Source: Eukaryota sp. TZLM1-RC
Lineage: Eukaryota; Protista; Metamonada: BaSk clade
Length of the DNA stretch: 64,000 bases
NCBI GenBank assembly: GCA_040285825.1
Contig: JAUPSS010000007.1
Span: forward strand, 1,528,624-1,592,623
Direction: 5' to 3'
Numbering within the stretch: the stretch's first letter is position 1; each line of letters starts with the position of its first letter. Positions 1-11,348 of the stretch are shown here, piece after piece. Under the pieces are notes generated by a model. That model saw only the letters and a program-made list of their open reading frames with translations, searched no databases and had not been told where the DNA came from. The position numbers and the translations under genes are program-made.

Positions 1-2
1 AA

Positions 3-131
3 TGCTGTGAATTAGGTAGAGGTACAACTAAAGACCTTCACCAAGCTATGAAGTGGTATCAGGAGGCCATGGATTATGGCCATCCAGTAGCTAGTGAAAT
101 TTTAGAACGTTGCAGAGGAAGGTTGATCTAG
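3..131 (+). CDS. 3' end of a Sel1-repeat protein (5' partial)
   Basis: Manual translation CCELGRGTTKDLHQAMKWYQEAMDYGHPVASEILERC...* fits the Sel1 pattern (GxGxxxDxxxAxxWYxxAxxxG); stop TAG at 129-131. Confidence 0.75.
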   Translation, partial: CCELGRGTTKDLHQAMKWYQEAMDYGHPVASEILERCRGRLI

Positions 132-579
132 TAGTTTTGTCCTTGAATTGTTCAATTCACTCAATCTTCAAGTTTTGAATTATGTGCAAGTTACGTTTTT
201 CCAACTTCATTTCTGAAAATCATTTTGATTTAAAGTCAGATTTGAACATCACAAAGGGAAATAAATAATGAAATTTTCATTCCAGTAGGAATAAAAATCA
301 TGTTCAGTAGTTTAAATTGCAACATTCACAATACAATTATTTTGGTTAAATATATAATCTTGAAAATACCTTGCATTAAGTTCCATTTAGAATTTAGTGG
401 ATCTGCTTCATTTGTTTCAGTGCATTACACTGAGGCTGTCAATTGGAGCAAATCGCATTCGTGACCATATCAAAAAGATATCATCTTCATTTTGTTGTTG
501 AACCACTTTTTTTTCTGTTAATTTTATTTATTGAACCAACTCACTTGACAAAATAAACTCATAACAAATGGGACAAAAT

Positions 580-1095
580 TCATTAAACCAAAATTTCCTC
601 TACAGAATCTTGATCTACTTGCAGTCTCGCTAAGTCTTCTCTTATTCGATTAAAAAACCGAGGTAATCTATTAATAATGGCAAATTGAATCCGTGAACGC
701 CATAAAAAATATCAAATCTTTTCATTGTTTTTTCTTGAACCATTTTTTGGAAGCCATTCAAAAAAGTTTCTGCTTCATCTGATAATCATCCATTTATCGA
801 AAATGGGAAAGCAATAAAAACCAGCTGTGTATTTCTATAAGCCTCTTCACTTTTTTGGAAATCATTCAACAAATTTTTATATTTCTGCTGATGAACCTCC
901 GTTTATACAGATTTTAAAAGCAGTAAAATAAGTGGTGTGTTACCATCAGCATCACTTACTTCGATCCTTTGTTATATTTTCTATGTTTTGCATTAGCTTT
1001 ATATACAAAACCCTTTACATAATCATGTGTCCAGTTTAAGTGTCAATCCAATCACAGTAAATATTTGCTCAATCCTCAGAACCGAATTATTCAAT
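580..1095 (-). mobile_element. Two adjacent decayed 3' fragments of RLE retrotransposon lineage E
   Basis: Reverse complement of ~585-840 and ~850-1095 aligns by eye to 54400-54864 (e.g. atggcgttcacggattcaatttgccattattaatagatta; tactgtgattggattga). Confidence 0.75.
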
Positions 1096-1313
1096 GACAG
1101 CGTTCTGTAATCAAAGATAAAAAACTTCATATTTTTCCATTTCATGCCACATTAAAACAGTGTCACTGACAACAGCATGTTATGAAGAACCAGAACCGAG
1201 CTGACAGGAAGGAATGTAATTGGAAAAGGGACTCGATGAGTGACATTCACATTACTGTGTCTACAAATAGCAAATGTGTGTTCAGGAAGAAGTGACATTG
1301 TAGTGATTCAGGA

Positions 1314-2533
1314 ATGTTGAAAAATCACTTATTTTCTTCAGCAAATTTGGGTGGTATTGTATTTACCAAATCTTCAATTTTGTGTCAATCAGCATTTTTG
1401 GGTGTATGCAAGAATTTTATTTATGAATTTTCTCATATATTTCCTGAAGATTCTCATTTGTTTGTTCCCAGTGACAGTCCATATTTGAATGAGTTATCGT
1501 GTGAACTTGATAGATTGCCACCACAAATTTGGACCAAATGTTTTCCCCAATCAATTCAAGAAATTCCAAACCGATCTCTTTTTAATTAACAGTTTTGTTG
1601 TAAAAAGCTTCAACAAAAATTGTCAAAGATTTTTGAAAGCTTGGATTTTGATGTTAGACTTGGCTTGGCCAAGAAAAAGAATCCCGCTTTTGCAAATCTT
1701 TTACAAGATATGTGTGACAGTACTTCTTCTGCCTTAGTAACAACAATTCCTCAAGTTTATGGTACTCTCTTAACTGATTCTGTTTGGACTCTGAATATGA
1801 GATTTCGTTCCTTTATCTGGCCTGATAATTTACCTCATAATTCAAATTGTAAATGTTCTCGAAAAATGAAAATCACTCATTTGTTAAATTGTAAACATTT
1901 TATTACTTTTAGAAGCAAGGTTCATGATGCTGTGAGAGACCAATTATATTGTATGTGTAAGTCTCATAGAATTGAATCCTTTTTGGAACCTCTGTTGTCA
2001 AATCTGTTTGATGATGAGGATGATTTTCATAAGAATAATAGAGGTGATGCCATATTACCAGGATTGGATGGAACCTTGAATTTAGTGGATGTAATGTCTG
2101 TTGCTCCATGTTATGTCTCAAATGAAAGGCTTGCAAATTTTGAAATTCATAATCCTCTTTCAAACGCTGAAAATTTCAAAAATCAAAAAAAAATAAACCT
2201 TTGTCCAAATTGTCCAGCCAACAGCATGCAAAATACAATTTGTACCCATTTATATTTTCTCTATTTGATTCACTTGCACCAACGGCTTAACGTTTTTGGA
2301 AGATTTTGAAATGATTGTAAAGAGAAGAACTGGCAGAAATTTCAACAGATTGATTTGGCAAAATAGAATTGTGTTTTCTATTTTTAAAGGGATGTTGAAG
2401 ATGGTTTCTGATGCTTTGCTTTCTCTTGGATATCACTATGAGAGAGTTGCATCTAGTTTTTTTGTTTTGGGAGAGATGGATTATTTAGGTGTTGATTTAT
2501 AAATTTTTTATAAAATGAATAATACAAAAAAAT
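1314..2533 (+). mobile_element. 5'-truncated, decayed CRE-like retrotransposon, lineage D
   Basis: Frameshifted ORFs with GG-G post-RT motif, CKC..HLLNC knuckle, VHDAVRD and RGD..DV endonuclease motifs; highly similar to 61210-62093; A-rich end. Confidence 0.88.
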
Positions 2534-2686
2534 ATCAACAAATTGGAAATTCGCAAGTCCATGGTTTGTTTTTAGATAATACTCCTTTTTCGATTCAATT
2601 TCGTCCTATATTTTTATTGCTCTGCAATTTCTCCATGATTGTCAATTTTGTAATTGAGGCAAATTGAATGGTTTGGTGGTTTACAA

Positions 2687-3068
2687 CTACCTTCTCTTAA
2701 TACCAAGGCCATACTTTACCTCTTCAGCGAGTTTTCCAACACTGGATTGAAATTTGTTGAATGCCCCAAACACAGCTGATTCTGCCTCTTGTGCTCCTTC
2801 TCTGATGACACTTCCTGTTTGGATCCCAACATCCCTTCTGTGAGCGCAGTATTGAGGTGTTTGGTGATGTAGGGGAATCACAGGTGATGGTCTTCTGTTA
2901 ATACCTGTTTGCGTACCAGTATCTTCATAGGTGATAGTTTGTGGTGGACAATATATAGGAGGTCCTTCGTCAAGTGATTGACAATGTGAGTCATACATTG
3001 AGGAAAGATGATATTGCTGATCATCTACTCTGAAATCCTGAAAAGAAACCGACCATCTGGAATTCCAT
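2687..3068 (-). CDS. Hypothetical ~125-aa protein with two TQT/IQT motifs; 5' end uncertain
   Basis: GC-richer than flanks; 103-aa ORF is open upstream. ATG at 3068 joins it if one T of a T4 run is removed (or via a 16-nt GT-AG intron). Confidence 0.5.
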
Positions 3069-3139
3069 AAATTTTATTACTATTTTACTATTTGATTTTT
3101 TATTTTATTTTATTTTAAATTTTTATTTATTAAACCATT

Positions 3140-3350
3140 TATATAAAGAATCAAATAAAAACAAAACAAACTAAAACACATAAGAAACTAAATTCTCCAC
3201 GCCAACTCTTGATGAATCCTTATAAAGTTTAGACATCATTAAACTCAAGTACTTGGGAACACTTCTGTACAAAGCGAAAATGATACGATTTTTCCATAAA
3301 TTCTCTGCAAAATTCTTACCACTTGAACGACATAAATTACCAAAATCATA
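3140..3350 (-). mobile_element. Short 3' terminal fragment of lineage B
   Basis: Encodes DFGNLCRSSGKNFAENLW...VSYVF*, identical to lineage B C-terminus, plus its 3' UTR. Confidence 0.88.
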
Positions 3351-3394
3351 AATAATTTTAAATTTTATTTTTAAATTAATTATCATTATGATTT

Positions 3395-5192
3395 TCTACG
3401 AGGAATCAAATACAAACAAAAACAAAACAAACTAAAACACATAAGAAACTAAATTCTCCACACCAACTCTTGATGAATCCTTATAAAGTTTGGACATCAT
3501 TAAACTCAAGTACTTGGGAACACTTCTGTACAAAGCGAAAATGATACGATTTTTCCATAAATTCTCTGCAAAATTCTTACCACTTGAACGACATAAATTA
3601 CCAAAATCATTGATGAAATTCAAGGCGGATTGTCCAATGTTGCCAAAAATCGAAAAGGCAAAAGGAACAAACGAAAACTTCGAATAAAGGTTCTTATTTA
3701 AATCATTTAATATCTCAGTATATTTATCTCTCTTACGATCTTTAGCCTTGTTTAAATGACCATTAGTACTAAGTAAAACATCATCGCGATAAACAAAAGC
3801 AAAGGGATCAACTGTAGTGAAATCAACAACAACTTGAGAGGAATCCACAAAAGGAGCAATTAAATCACCTCGACGTGAATTAAACAGATTATCATCACTA
3901 TAATGCTTCAACAAAGGTTCTACTTTGCAACTAAAATTGTAACACTTGAACATCTCATATGCCACATCACGAACGGCATTATGAAGAACTGACCTATATT
4001 GGAGAAATTTCTTACAGCTTCTTGTTTTTGTTACAAATACAATAAGAATTGTCCATAAGACCACTTGGATACATCCCTAATCTCAACCGCATGTTTTGTT
4101 TGCAAGCTTCATTTGTTAAGTGAAGACCAAATGGACTTGGTTGCTGTGATATTAAACTAGTACAGTTCTGAATGTCTGATAAAAAGGCAGCAAAGACGGG
4201 ATTATTAATCTTAGTCACACAAAGTCGTTTAGAAAAATCCAGGTCTTCAAAACCAATAAGAACAGACTTCTGTAATTTCACAACAGCAAGATGAAGATTG
4301 GTGAAAGATCTCGATGGTACAGCAGGCAAACTTGAAGGAAAACTCCTATTCCAAACATCAACAGGTAGTTCTTGCACCATTTTTTCAAGAGAAATTAATA
4401 AAGGATGTGATTCATTCACAGGAATATGATCAAAACGAAGTTTCCATTCAAAAACAAAATTTTTCATACCACCGATAAAAGCGCTTTTGCATAAATACTC
4501 TGCTTTTGAAAAACCAACTCCACCAAATTTATGAATAAAAAATGCATGATAAGGAATTTTAGATGGACAAACTTCTACTAAATTTCCTAAGAAATTTGTT
4601 CTCAAAGTATTGAATTGACGTGCAAAATCATGAGAAATTGTGGGAGATAAAGAACGAAGAAGATGATTAATTTTTGATCCAACACACATTTGGGACCGAA
4701 AACGCGAAATGTTTGTCAATTTCGAGATCTTGAATAGCCAAAAGTTGTTCTTCGATTTGTTCCAGAATACCTGACAAAATCGATTTAACTTTTTCACAAT
4801 TTCCTAAATAAGAGCCAAGAAACCGAATAACAACTTCATCGTAATCAACGTATTTGATAAAAGTTTCATTAAATGCCACCTCCGCTTTCTGATTACCAAT
4901 AATGAAACACTTGGGCAATTTAATATCTAACCCTATTTGTTTGGCCAGAAAAACAAAATGTTGTAAACCGTGTTGTAAAAGAGACAAAGGGCCGATAAGT
5001 GATAAATCATCTGCATAAGCACATATATGAATATCAGGAAATGAAAATCCAACTTAAATTTTACCAAAACTGATTGCAGTGCTAAGCAAAAGAAAAATGG
5101 ACCCAATGGATCCCCTTGTTTGACGCCTCTTGACGAAAGAATATTCTCAGAATGAAAAATTAAGTTAAAGGGTGATCCATACATCAATTTAA
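3395..5192 (-). mobile_element. 5'-truncated frameshifted lineage B retrotransposon (partial RT + RLE)
   Basis: GVKQGDPLGP, YADD region, HNAVRD, RGD..VDFT; near-identical to 58835-60967. Confidence 0.92.
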
Positions 5193-5371
5193 AATTATTT
5201 TTAAATTTTATTTTTATTTATTTTATTAAAATAAATTTTATTATTGGAATTTTTTTATGGAATTCAAATTTCGTAAATTTCTATTTTGAAAATTTCAGAC
5301 CACTCTTTTTTGCATTAAAAGATCATTTTTTAACAAATGTCACGGTTGCTTGTCCTGTGAAACCTCTTGCT

Positions 5372-5560
5372 TAGACATCCAAAGAAAAACCTAGAAAATA
5401 TGACAAAGATATTGAAGAAGATAATACTGATAGAAATAGACAACTTGATTTTATTGCTTATCCATTTTCTCTAAATGATAGACCATCAGTAGAAGCGGGA
5501 AATTTATTGAACAATATTCAAAAATTGGTTCATGAAAAACGAAAAAGAGATTTGATTTCT
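5372..5560 (+). mobile_element. Old remnant of lineage E
   Basis: Translates to KEKPRKYDKDIEEDNTDRNRQLDFIAYPFSLNDRPSVEA, resembling KEKHRKYDKEIEEANVDRNTQLVFIAFPFSINGRLSVEA in the 54400 ORF. Confidence 0.7.
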
Positions 5561-5771
5561 CTCTTGTTTGAGAAAAATCTTTGGCGAACAACATTTTGGC
5601 CTTTCAGCAACAACACCTTTTTTTTGGAATTCCGACTGATGTCATTTTACATGCAGAAAGGGTGAAATAATACAAATAAATAAAATGGAAGAACTGATAG
5701 AAATTTGACCTATCTCCGACATAATTGGGTTAGTCAAACTGATTCAATAGAAGTGTTCTTTCAGTTCTGTG

Positions 5772-6374
5772 ATGCTGCTTCCATTCACAGCTGAAACAAT
5801 CACATCTGTTTCACCACAACAGCTTGAACAGTCTTTGCCATCTGAAGCCGTTTCCTTGCAACATGCAAAGACGATATTCGATCAGCTTGCAGCTCTCTAT
5901 TCAACAGCTGCTAACAAGTCTCATGTGTCTCCAATTCCGACCTATACCATATCTTCTCTCACTGAGGAAAACTACCATCAAGTAGAAAAAACCTTACGTT
6001 CATTTTTCTTTCCGACATCTCAAGCTAGAGAACTCATCAATATCCCAAATTCCAGTGCCCTAATGTACACCCCAGATCATACCCTCATTGCAGGTATTCT
6101 GGTCAGTCCAAAGGGGTATATTGAGTACATTTGGGTGGATTCTCTCTATCAAGGAAAGGGTTTGGCGACTTTATTACTTGAGCAAATGTCACGACTGCAT
6201 CCTGTACTTTCTCTCCATGTTGATCCAGCTAATCCAGCACTGCGATTGTATCATAAGTTTGGATTTAAGCCTTCCAAAGAAAATGGATTCCAGCCGTGGT
6301 TTTATGTCAAGTATCTTCCTTTGGATACCAGTAAATGCAGGCATGCTTTTTATTTGGAATATTTTTCCAGTTGA
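5772..6374 (+). CDS. GNAT acetyltransferase, KAT14/CSRP2BP(ATAC2)-like acetyltransferase domain only
   Basis: Acetyl-CoA motif YQGKGLA; C-terminus LHVDPANPALRLYHKFGF...FYVKYLPLDTSKCRHAFYL recalls KAT14. Confidence 0.75.
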   Translation: MLLPFTAETITSVSPQQLEQSLPSEAVSLQHAKTIFDQLAALYSTAANKSHVSPIPTYTISSLTEENYHQVEKTLRSFFFPTSQARELINIPNSSALMYTPDHTLIAGILVSPKGYIEYIWVDSLYQGKGLATLLLEQMSRLHPVLSLHVDPANPALRLYHKFGFKPSKENGFQPWFYVKYLPLDTSKCRHAFYLEYFSS

Positions 6375-6511
6375 AATTAGTTTATCTTAGTTGATTTCTA
6401 TTTTTGCTATTTTTTGTAATTTATTGTGTAATGCCATTATTACCACTAATTGTGGTTTCAACTATTGCCAATTCAATTTACAAATAATTTATATCCAATA
6501 TTTGAACCATA

Positions 6512-7522
6512 TTAAATGTCCAATAATTCAACTAATAAAGATGTATCTATACCTATATTAATTCTCTCTTCTTTTGTCATTAGCAGTACAGCTCCTACAG
6601 CTGCTGTGATTTTAGGTTTGAATATAGATAAACCCACGTTAAATTGAGCATTGACGTACTTTAGAAACTCACTTTCGATCAAGTCAAAACTTTTCCACAT
6701 AGACCCAACTGCCAACACATCAACAGCTGGCACTTTATGACCAGCATTGTCAAGTTGAGAAAGTACAGCTACAAGCATTTTACCAAGTTCCTTTCCAGCA
6801 TCTTGGAAGAGTGAAATTGATAAAGGATCCCCTTTTCTCGCCAAATTGGAGATATCCTTGGCTAGTTCCGCAATCTTTCCCTTGTTAAATGATCTGTAAA
6901 ACATTGAGAGGATATCTGGTAGGTCTGATAATGAAAAATGATGTAACAGTAATTCTTGGAGAAGAGTACACGAATGTTTACTTGCATCAGGATGGTAATC
7001 ACGTTGGCGAAGGCATTCAGCAACAGCAGAAGCAACGATGTCGTAACCACAGCCATGTTCTGAAAGCAAATGACCCCATCCTCCTGATCTGTACTCCTCT
7101 CCAGAGGGAAGAACAGCACGACAATGAGAACCAGTTCCAGCTATAAGAACAATTGGGAAGGATGAATTAGGCAGAAGACCAGCAGATCCAACACTGTCGT
7201 TACAAAGAAAGAGTGTCTCAGTCAGCCTTGTATCTAGAGCAGAAAACTCTGTTCTCAACTGCTGTTGTATCTCTTTGTTGTCTACTCCAGAGAGAGACAA
7301 AGCAATCCCCGATATCGGTAGGGAAAACTCGTATTTGGTAGATGCGTTTGATATAAATTGATTTACAATTTGGGCAACTGTTGAAGGACCCACAAGTAGT
7401 GGATTGGTGCTTGTTTCAATTGTTTCAATGTTGATGATTTCTCCAGAAGAAGTGACGATAGCGAAGGTAGTAGAGGTGCCACCGCCTTCAACACCTAGAT
7501 AATAATGTTTGTTGTTGTGCAT
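6512..7522 (-). CDS. NAGK: N-acetyl-D-glucosamine kinase (BadF/BadG/BcrA/BcrD ATPase family)
   Basis: GVEGGGT, ND, IVLIAGTGS, GGWGHLLS, VGSMWKS motifs; 336 aa. Confidence 0.9.
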   Translation of the reverse strand: MHNNKHYYLGVEGGGTSTTFAIVTSSGEIINIETIETSTNPLLVGPSTVAQIVNQFISNASTKYEFSLPISGIALSLSGVDNKEIQQQLRTEFSALDTRLTETLFLCNDSVGSAGLLPNSSFPIVLIAGTGSHCRAVLPSGEEYRSGGWGHLLSEHGCGYDIVASAVAECLRQRDYHPDASKHSCTLLQELLLHHFSLSDLPDILSMFYRSFNKGKIAELAKDISNLARKGDPLSISLFQDAGKELGKMLVAVLSQLDNAGHKVPAVDVLAVGSMWKSFDLIESEFLKYVNAQFNVGLSIFKPKITAAVGAVLLMTKEERINIGIDTSLLVELLDI

Positions 7523-7661
7523 GTTGTGAAGTATGGGTGGAATTTGAATTTTAAATCATCTTGATTGAGACTTGCATGATGTAAGTCACATGATGTGACT
7601 TACATCTATCATATGGTGCTTCATGTTAGTGTACCTTCACCAAAGTACTGCTTCTTTTATT

Positions 7662-8961
7662 TTAAATGGGTTGGTCAATCATAAAGACAAACTTTCCATC
7701 AATAACATCACGAAGAATTTGTTGTCCAATCCTATGTACATCTACTCTTCCTCCCTTCCCAAGGAAGCCTCTTTTCTCGGCCAACTCCTCTAATACAGAA
7801 TATGGAGTGTGACCTTCCAAAGATGAAAGTCCTAGTTGTTCTTTGAAACCATGGCAATGTTCCCACAAGAATCTCAATGAGCTGAAGAACTCTCGAACTC
7901 GCCCGATTGGAACAACACCACAAACAATTTGAACACTTCTGTATGTCGTTTTCACTGGGAAGACGATACCAGGGGCATCGCAAAGCACAACATTTGGCAG
8001 TGCACCACTATCTTTCCTTAGATAATATGTTTGAAAATACTTTGTAGTACCAGGGGTTCTTTTCGTTCCCGTCACTTTCTTTCCCACCAACCTATTCATT
8101 AGACTACTCTTACCTACAGAAGGTTGACCTGCAATGAGTTGGTTGACATCAGATGACCATACCAATGAAAGTCACTGTTACTTCATCCGAGGCGATTGCT
8201 AGTTCATCAATGAATGACAGAAACTGTTGCGCTTCTGTCCCGGATTCAATGTGATCTTTTATACCAAATACAAATATGCCGGCACATTCGCTGTATGTCT
8301 CCATTAGATATTGTTTCCAATTGTTGATGTGTTGTTGTGTTGCTAAATCTCCCTTATTCATCGCAAAAATAAAAGGTTTTTTCAAAACAAATCGAATATA
8401 TCGTATGACCGACACTGGACAATGTGCAAGTGGTATTCTCGCATCCAAACAAATGCATATAACTTGACCTCTTTCTGTGGCTCTCCATAACTGTCTATAT
8501 GCGTCCAGATTCGTTTCAAAATATGATAGATTCTTGAATGTCAATTTTTCATCTTCAACTTTAGTAGCCAACGAGCAAAGCCACTCAGAAAAGTGATGCT
8601 CTTCTGATCTGTGAAGCTCTTCCGCAGTGGTTTCGTAAGTCCAAGATGGTCTAGGAGGGAGATCCGGACAATATTCTGGGTCTAAAAAGAGTGAAAGTTG
8701 GGGAAAGGGTCTAACATGAGAAGCCAGCGGCAGTTGTGCCTCTGCTTTCGCCTTATCTACATCATCCTGTGATTCAGGAAGGAAGATTCGAACAAAACCT
8801 GCTGATCTAGATTGCTCAGTGGCTCTGCAAGCTACTTCTTCAGAAGTTAATTCATCATTGAGCTGGTGCTGCCTTGGTTGTGATTGATCCCGCCTTCTTT
8901 TTTCCAGAAGTTGTTGTTTCTTTTGTTTGTGGGAGAAAGGCTTTCGTCTGTTAGAAGACAT
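7662..8961 (-). CDS. GNL1: Circularly permuted GTPase, GNL1-like (exons 8961-8163 and 8128-7662)
   Basis: N-terminus RKPFSHKQKKQQL; FETNLDAYRQLWR; DAR; NKGD (G4); splicing restores G1 GQPSVGKSS; TPGTTKYFQT; DAPG. Confidence 0.85.
8129..8162 (-). other. 34-nt spliceosomal intron
   Basis: gtatggtcatctgatgtcaaccaactcattgcag; removal fuses the two ORFs and rebuilds the P-loop. Confidence 0.9.
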
Positions 8962-9480
8962 CGGCTAATAGCACTGCAATGTCAAATAACAACAGAGAAA
9001 TTTATTTCAGGAATAGACACATTTAAAAACCTGACCAAAAACCACACCAATGCTTTTACCTGCTCAAACTCCATCAATTAAATGACGGGAGTTTTTTTGC
9101 TGTTCACGTGTATGACAACTCGATTGTCATTAAACTCCGTAATGTTATTCAAAATGGAGTTAAATTAACGAGCAAGAGCTTTCAATAACGAAAATACAAT
9201 TCTCCAAATCAAAAAACGGATTGTACAAACACCTTCTTTGGGAAGTTTTGTTCAATCATCCAAAAAATCCAGACCTTCAATTTCAATGGTACCAACAACT
9301 GAAACAGCAATTGGGTCAAATTTTATGTTTCTGCCGCTTGCTCCAATTAGACGTTGTAGAAGGACTTTGTATTTTGATTTCTGGGAAAGCTCTGCAACTT
9401 TGACCAAATGTTGAATATCAGAATTGGACCTAACAATTATCATTTGCTTTTGTTCCCCAATCCAATTTACATTAATTTTC

Positions 9481-10335
9481 ATGACTCTTCCCCGTTCCTT
9501 ACTCTACTTTATTCTGTTGGTGTCTCTGTGTAGTGCATTTGGCACTAGAAAAGTACTACTAACTGAGGTTGAAACACTCTATTTTCACGCTGGTAAGACC
9601 ACTACCTATCGCAATGCCGAACCCATTCCTCAAATGAGATGTGTTGGTGGAAGCGCACGTAGACTTAAGCACCAACCTGCTTCTGCCATGTGCCGAAATG
9701 TTGGAATTGATGGTAATGATGTAGTATGGGAATGCTCAGCGGATGTACCTTCAAATACCCGTTTGGGAAGAGTTGAGGTTAGCTGTGAAGGTTGGGACTA
9801 CCCCGAGGATCCCTATGTAGTTACTGGTTCATGTGGACTAGAATATGAGTTACATTACATTACCAAGCCTCCAGTGTTTGCTCATTCCCATAGTCCTGGA
9901 GCACCATCTCCAAACAAAATTCTAGGGTTTGCATTGGTAGTTTCACTGATTTTTGTTGTTTTTTGCGTATTTTGTGCAAAGCAGCCTTCTGTTCCCCGGG
10001 AGCATCATTACCCTTCCCCCAACGCACCCGACAATGTTCCTATCTACCCAGATGTCAATGATCATTTCGGCGACCATTCTACAAGATATAGACCACCAAG
10101 GCCCCGGCATGGAGGTCACCACAACGATTACCCTTCTTCAGCGCCTCCCTTAATTAGACCTGGTTTTTGGTCTGGTACGTTCATGGGGTATCTGTTGGGG
10201 AGAAGATCCGGTGTCCGTCATTCCACTGGTAGTAGGCTGTTTTCAGGGACGACTTCAAGTAGACCTTCTTTTAGTCATAGACGATCTTCTTCCACACGAA
10301 GGTCTACTGCCTTTGGAGGTACTTCGAGAAGGTAG
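9481..10335 (+). CDS. SARAF: SARAF/TMEM66 homologue (store-operated calcium entry regulatory factor)
   Basis: Signal peptide; Cys-rich luminal domain (PIPQMRCVGG, WEC, VSCEGWDYPEDPYVVTGSCGLEY); one TM; PGFWSG; ends FGGTSRR. Confidence 0.92.
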   Translation: MTLPRSLLYFILLVSLCSAFGTRKVLLTEVETLYFHAGKTTTYRNAEPIPQMRCVGGSARRLKHQPASAMCRNVGIDGNDVVWECSADVPSNTRLGRVEVSCEGWDYPEDPYVVTGSCGLEYELHYITKPPVFAHSHSPGAPSPNKILGFALVVSLIFVVFCVFCAKQPSVPREHHYPSPNAPDNVPIYPDVNDHFGDHSTRYRPPRPRHGGHHNDYPSSAPPLIRPGFWSGTFMGYLLGRRSGVRHSTGSRLFSGTTSSRPSFSHRRSSSTRRSTAFGGTSRR

Positions 10336-11348
10336 CTTTTGTTACGGATCTTTTGTTTTGTAAATGATAATAAAATTGTTTAACACTTTGTTTTTTTCAT
10401 TAGTGCTGAATTAGATAATTGCATACCAAATTAGAGGGTCAATTCTTGTCAATAATTTTCAAAAAGATAATTTATTACAAAATAAGTGATTAACAATCAT
10501 GAAAAGTTTCTAAATCAGCACAGTGTTGGTTTTCATTAAAAAAGCAAATATTGATAGAACTATCATGTTAATCTTTATCGAATCATTTTTTCTTGCAATT
10601 AATCGCAAATATGATGTTGTATTCACTTGTTCAGTACTGTACAATCCTTCTTTTGGTGATGCAATTTTGTTTGGTTAAACCTTCAGCACTAAACGATGAC
10701 TTCAATGTCGATTCAATTGGTAATCCAACCTGTTAAGTATAATGCCTACGTCACAACATTTGGAAATGCGGAATTTCAAATAGGACAGAATGTCCAAGGC
10801 GATTATTCGGTGTGTTCATTCCCAATTTTGGGCATGTTTAATAAAGGAATAAGGGAGTATTTCCAATTTATATATTTAATACAAATTTCATTATCTGGTC
10901 AACCATCTCTGAAAGTAAATTCATCAAACATTGTTTTTGTAACTGCATTACCATCTCCTAAAAACGAACGCATATGACAAAAAGCATCAGTTAAACGTAA
11001 CTTGGCCTGAATTTTAATTCCATCAACAGTAGTTGAAACTGCAGAATTTGAAGGCAAATTTCAGTAAGGAGAGTGGAAGGTCAATTTTGTGAAATAATTC
11101 TTTCACAAATACAATTGCTTCTCCGACAATCTTCAGGTCACCTATAAGAACGACATTATTCATCTACGCAATCATATTCAAGGAAGGAAACATTGCTTCA
11201 ATTTGTAATCAAATAGAATAAATGGCCAGACAAAACAAAAGAGGTCCCAACAAACCTTCCTGCTCAACATCACTGAATGATTTCAAGAATGGGATCACCA
11301 AAAAGCGAATAGAATTTTGCACAATAATTTGTTGAAAAATATTACTTT

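Noticed and set aside
3038-3053. 16-nt ultra-short intron (gtcggtttcttttcag)
   Set aside because: It restores the frame, but so does a 1-nt homopolymer correction, and such indels are common here; needs RNA-seq.
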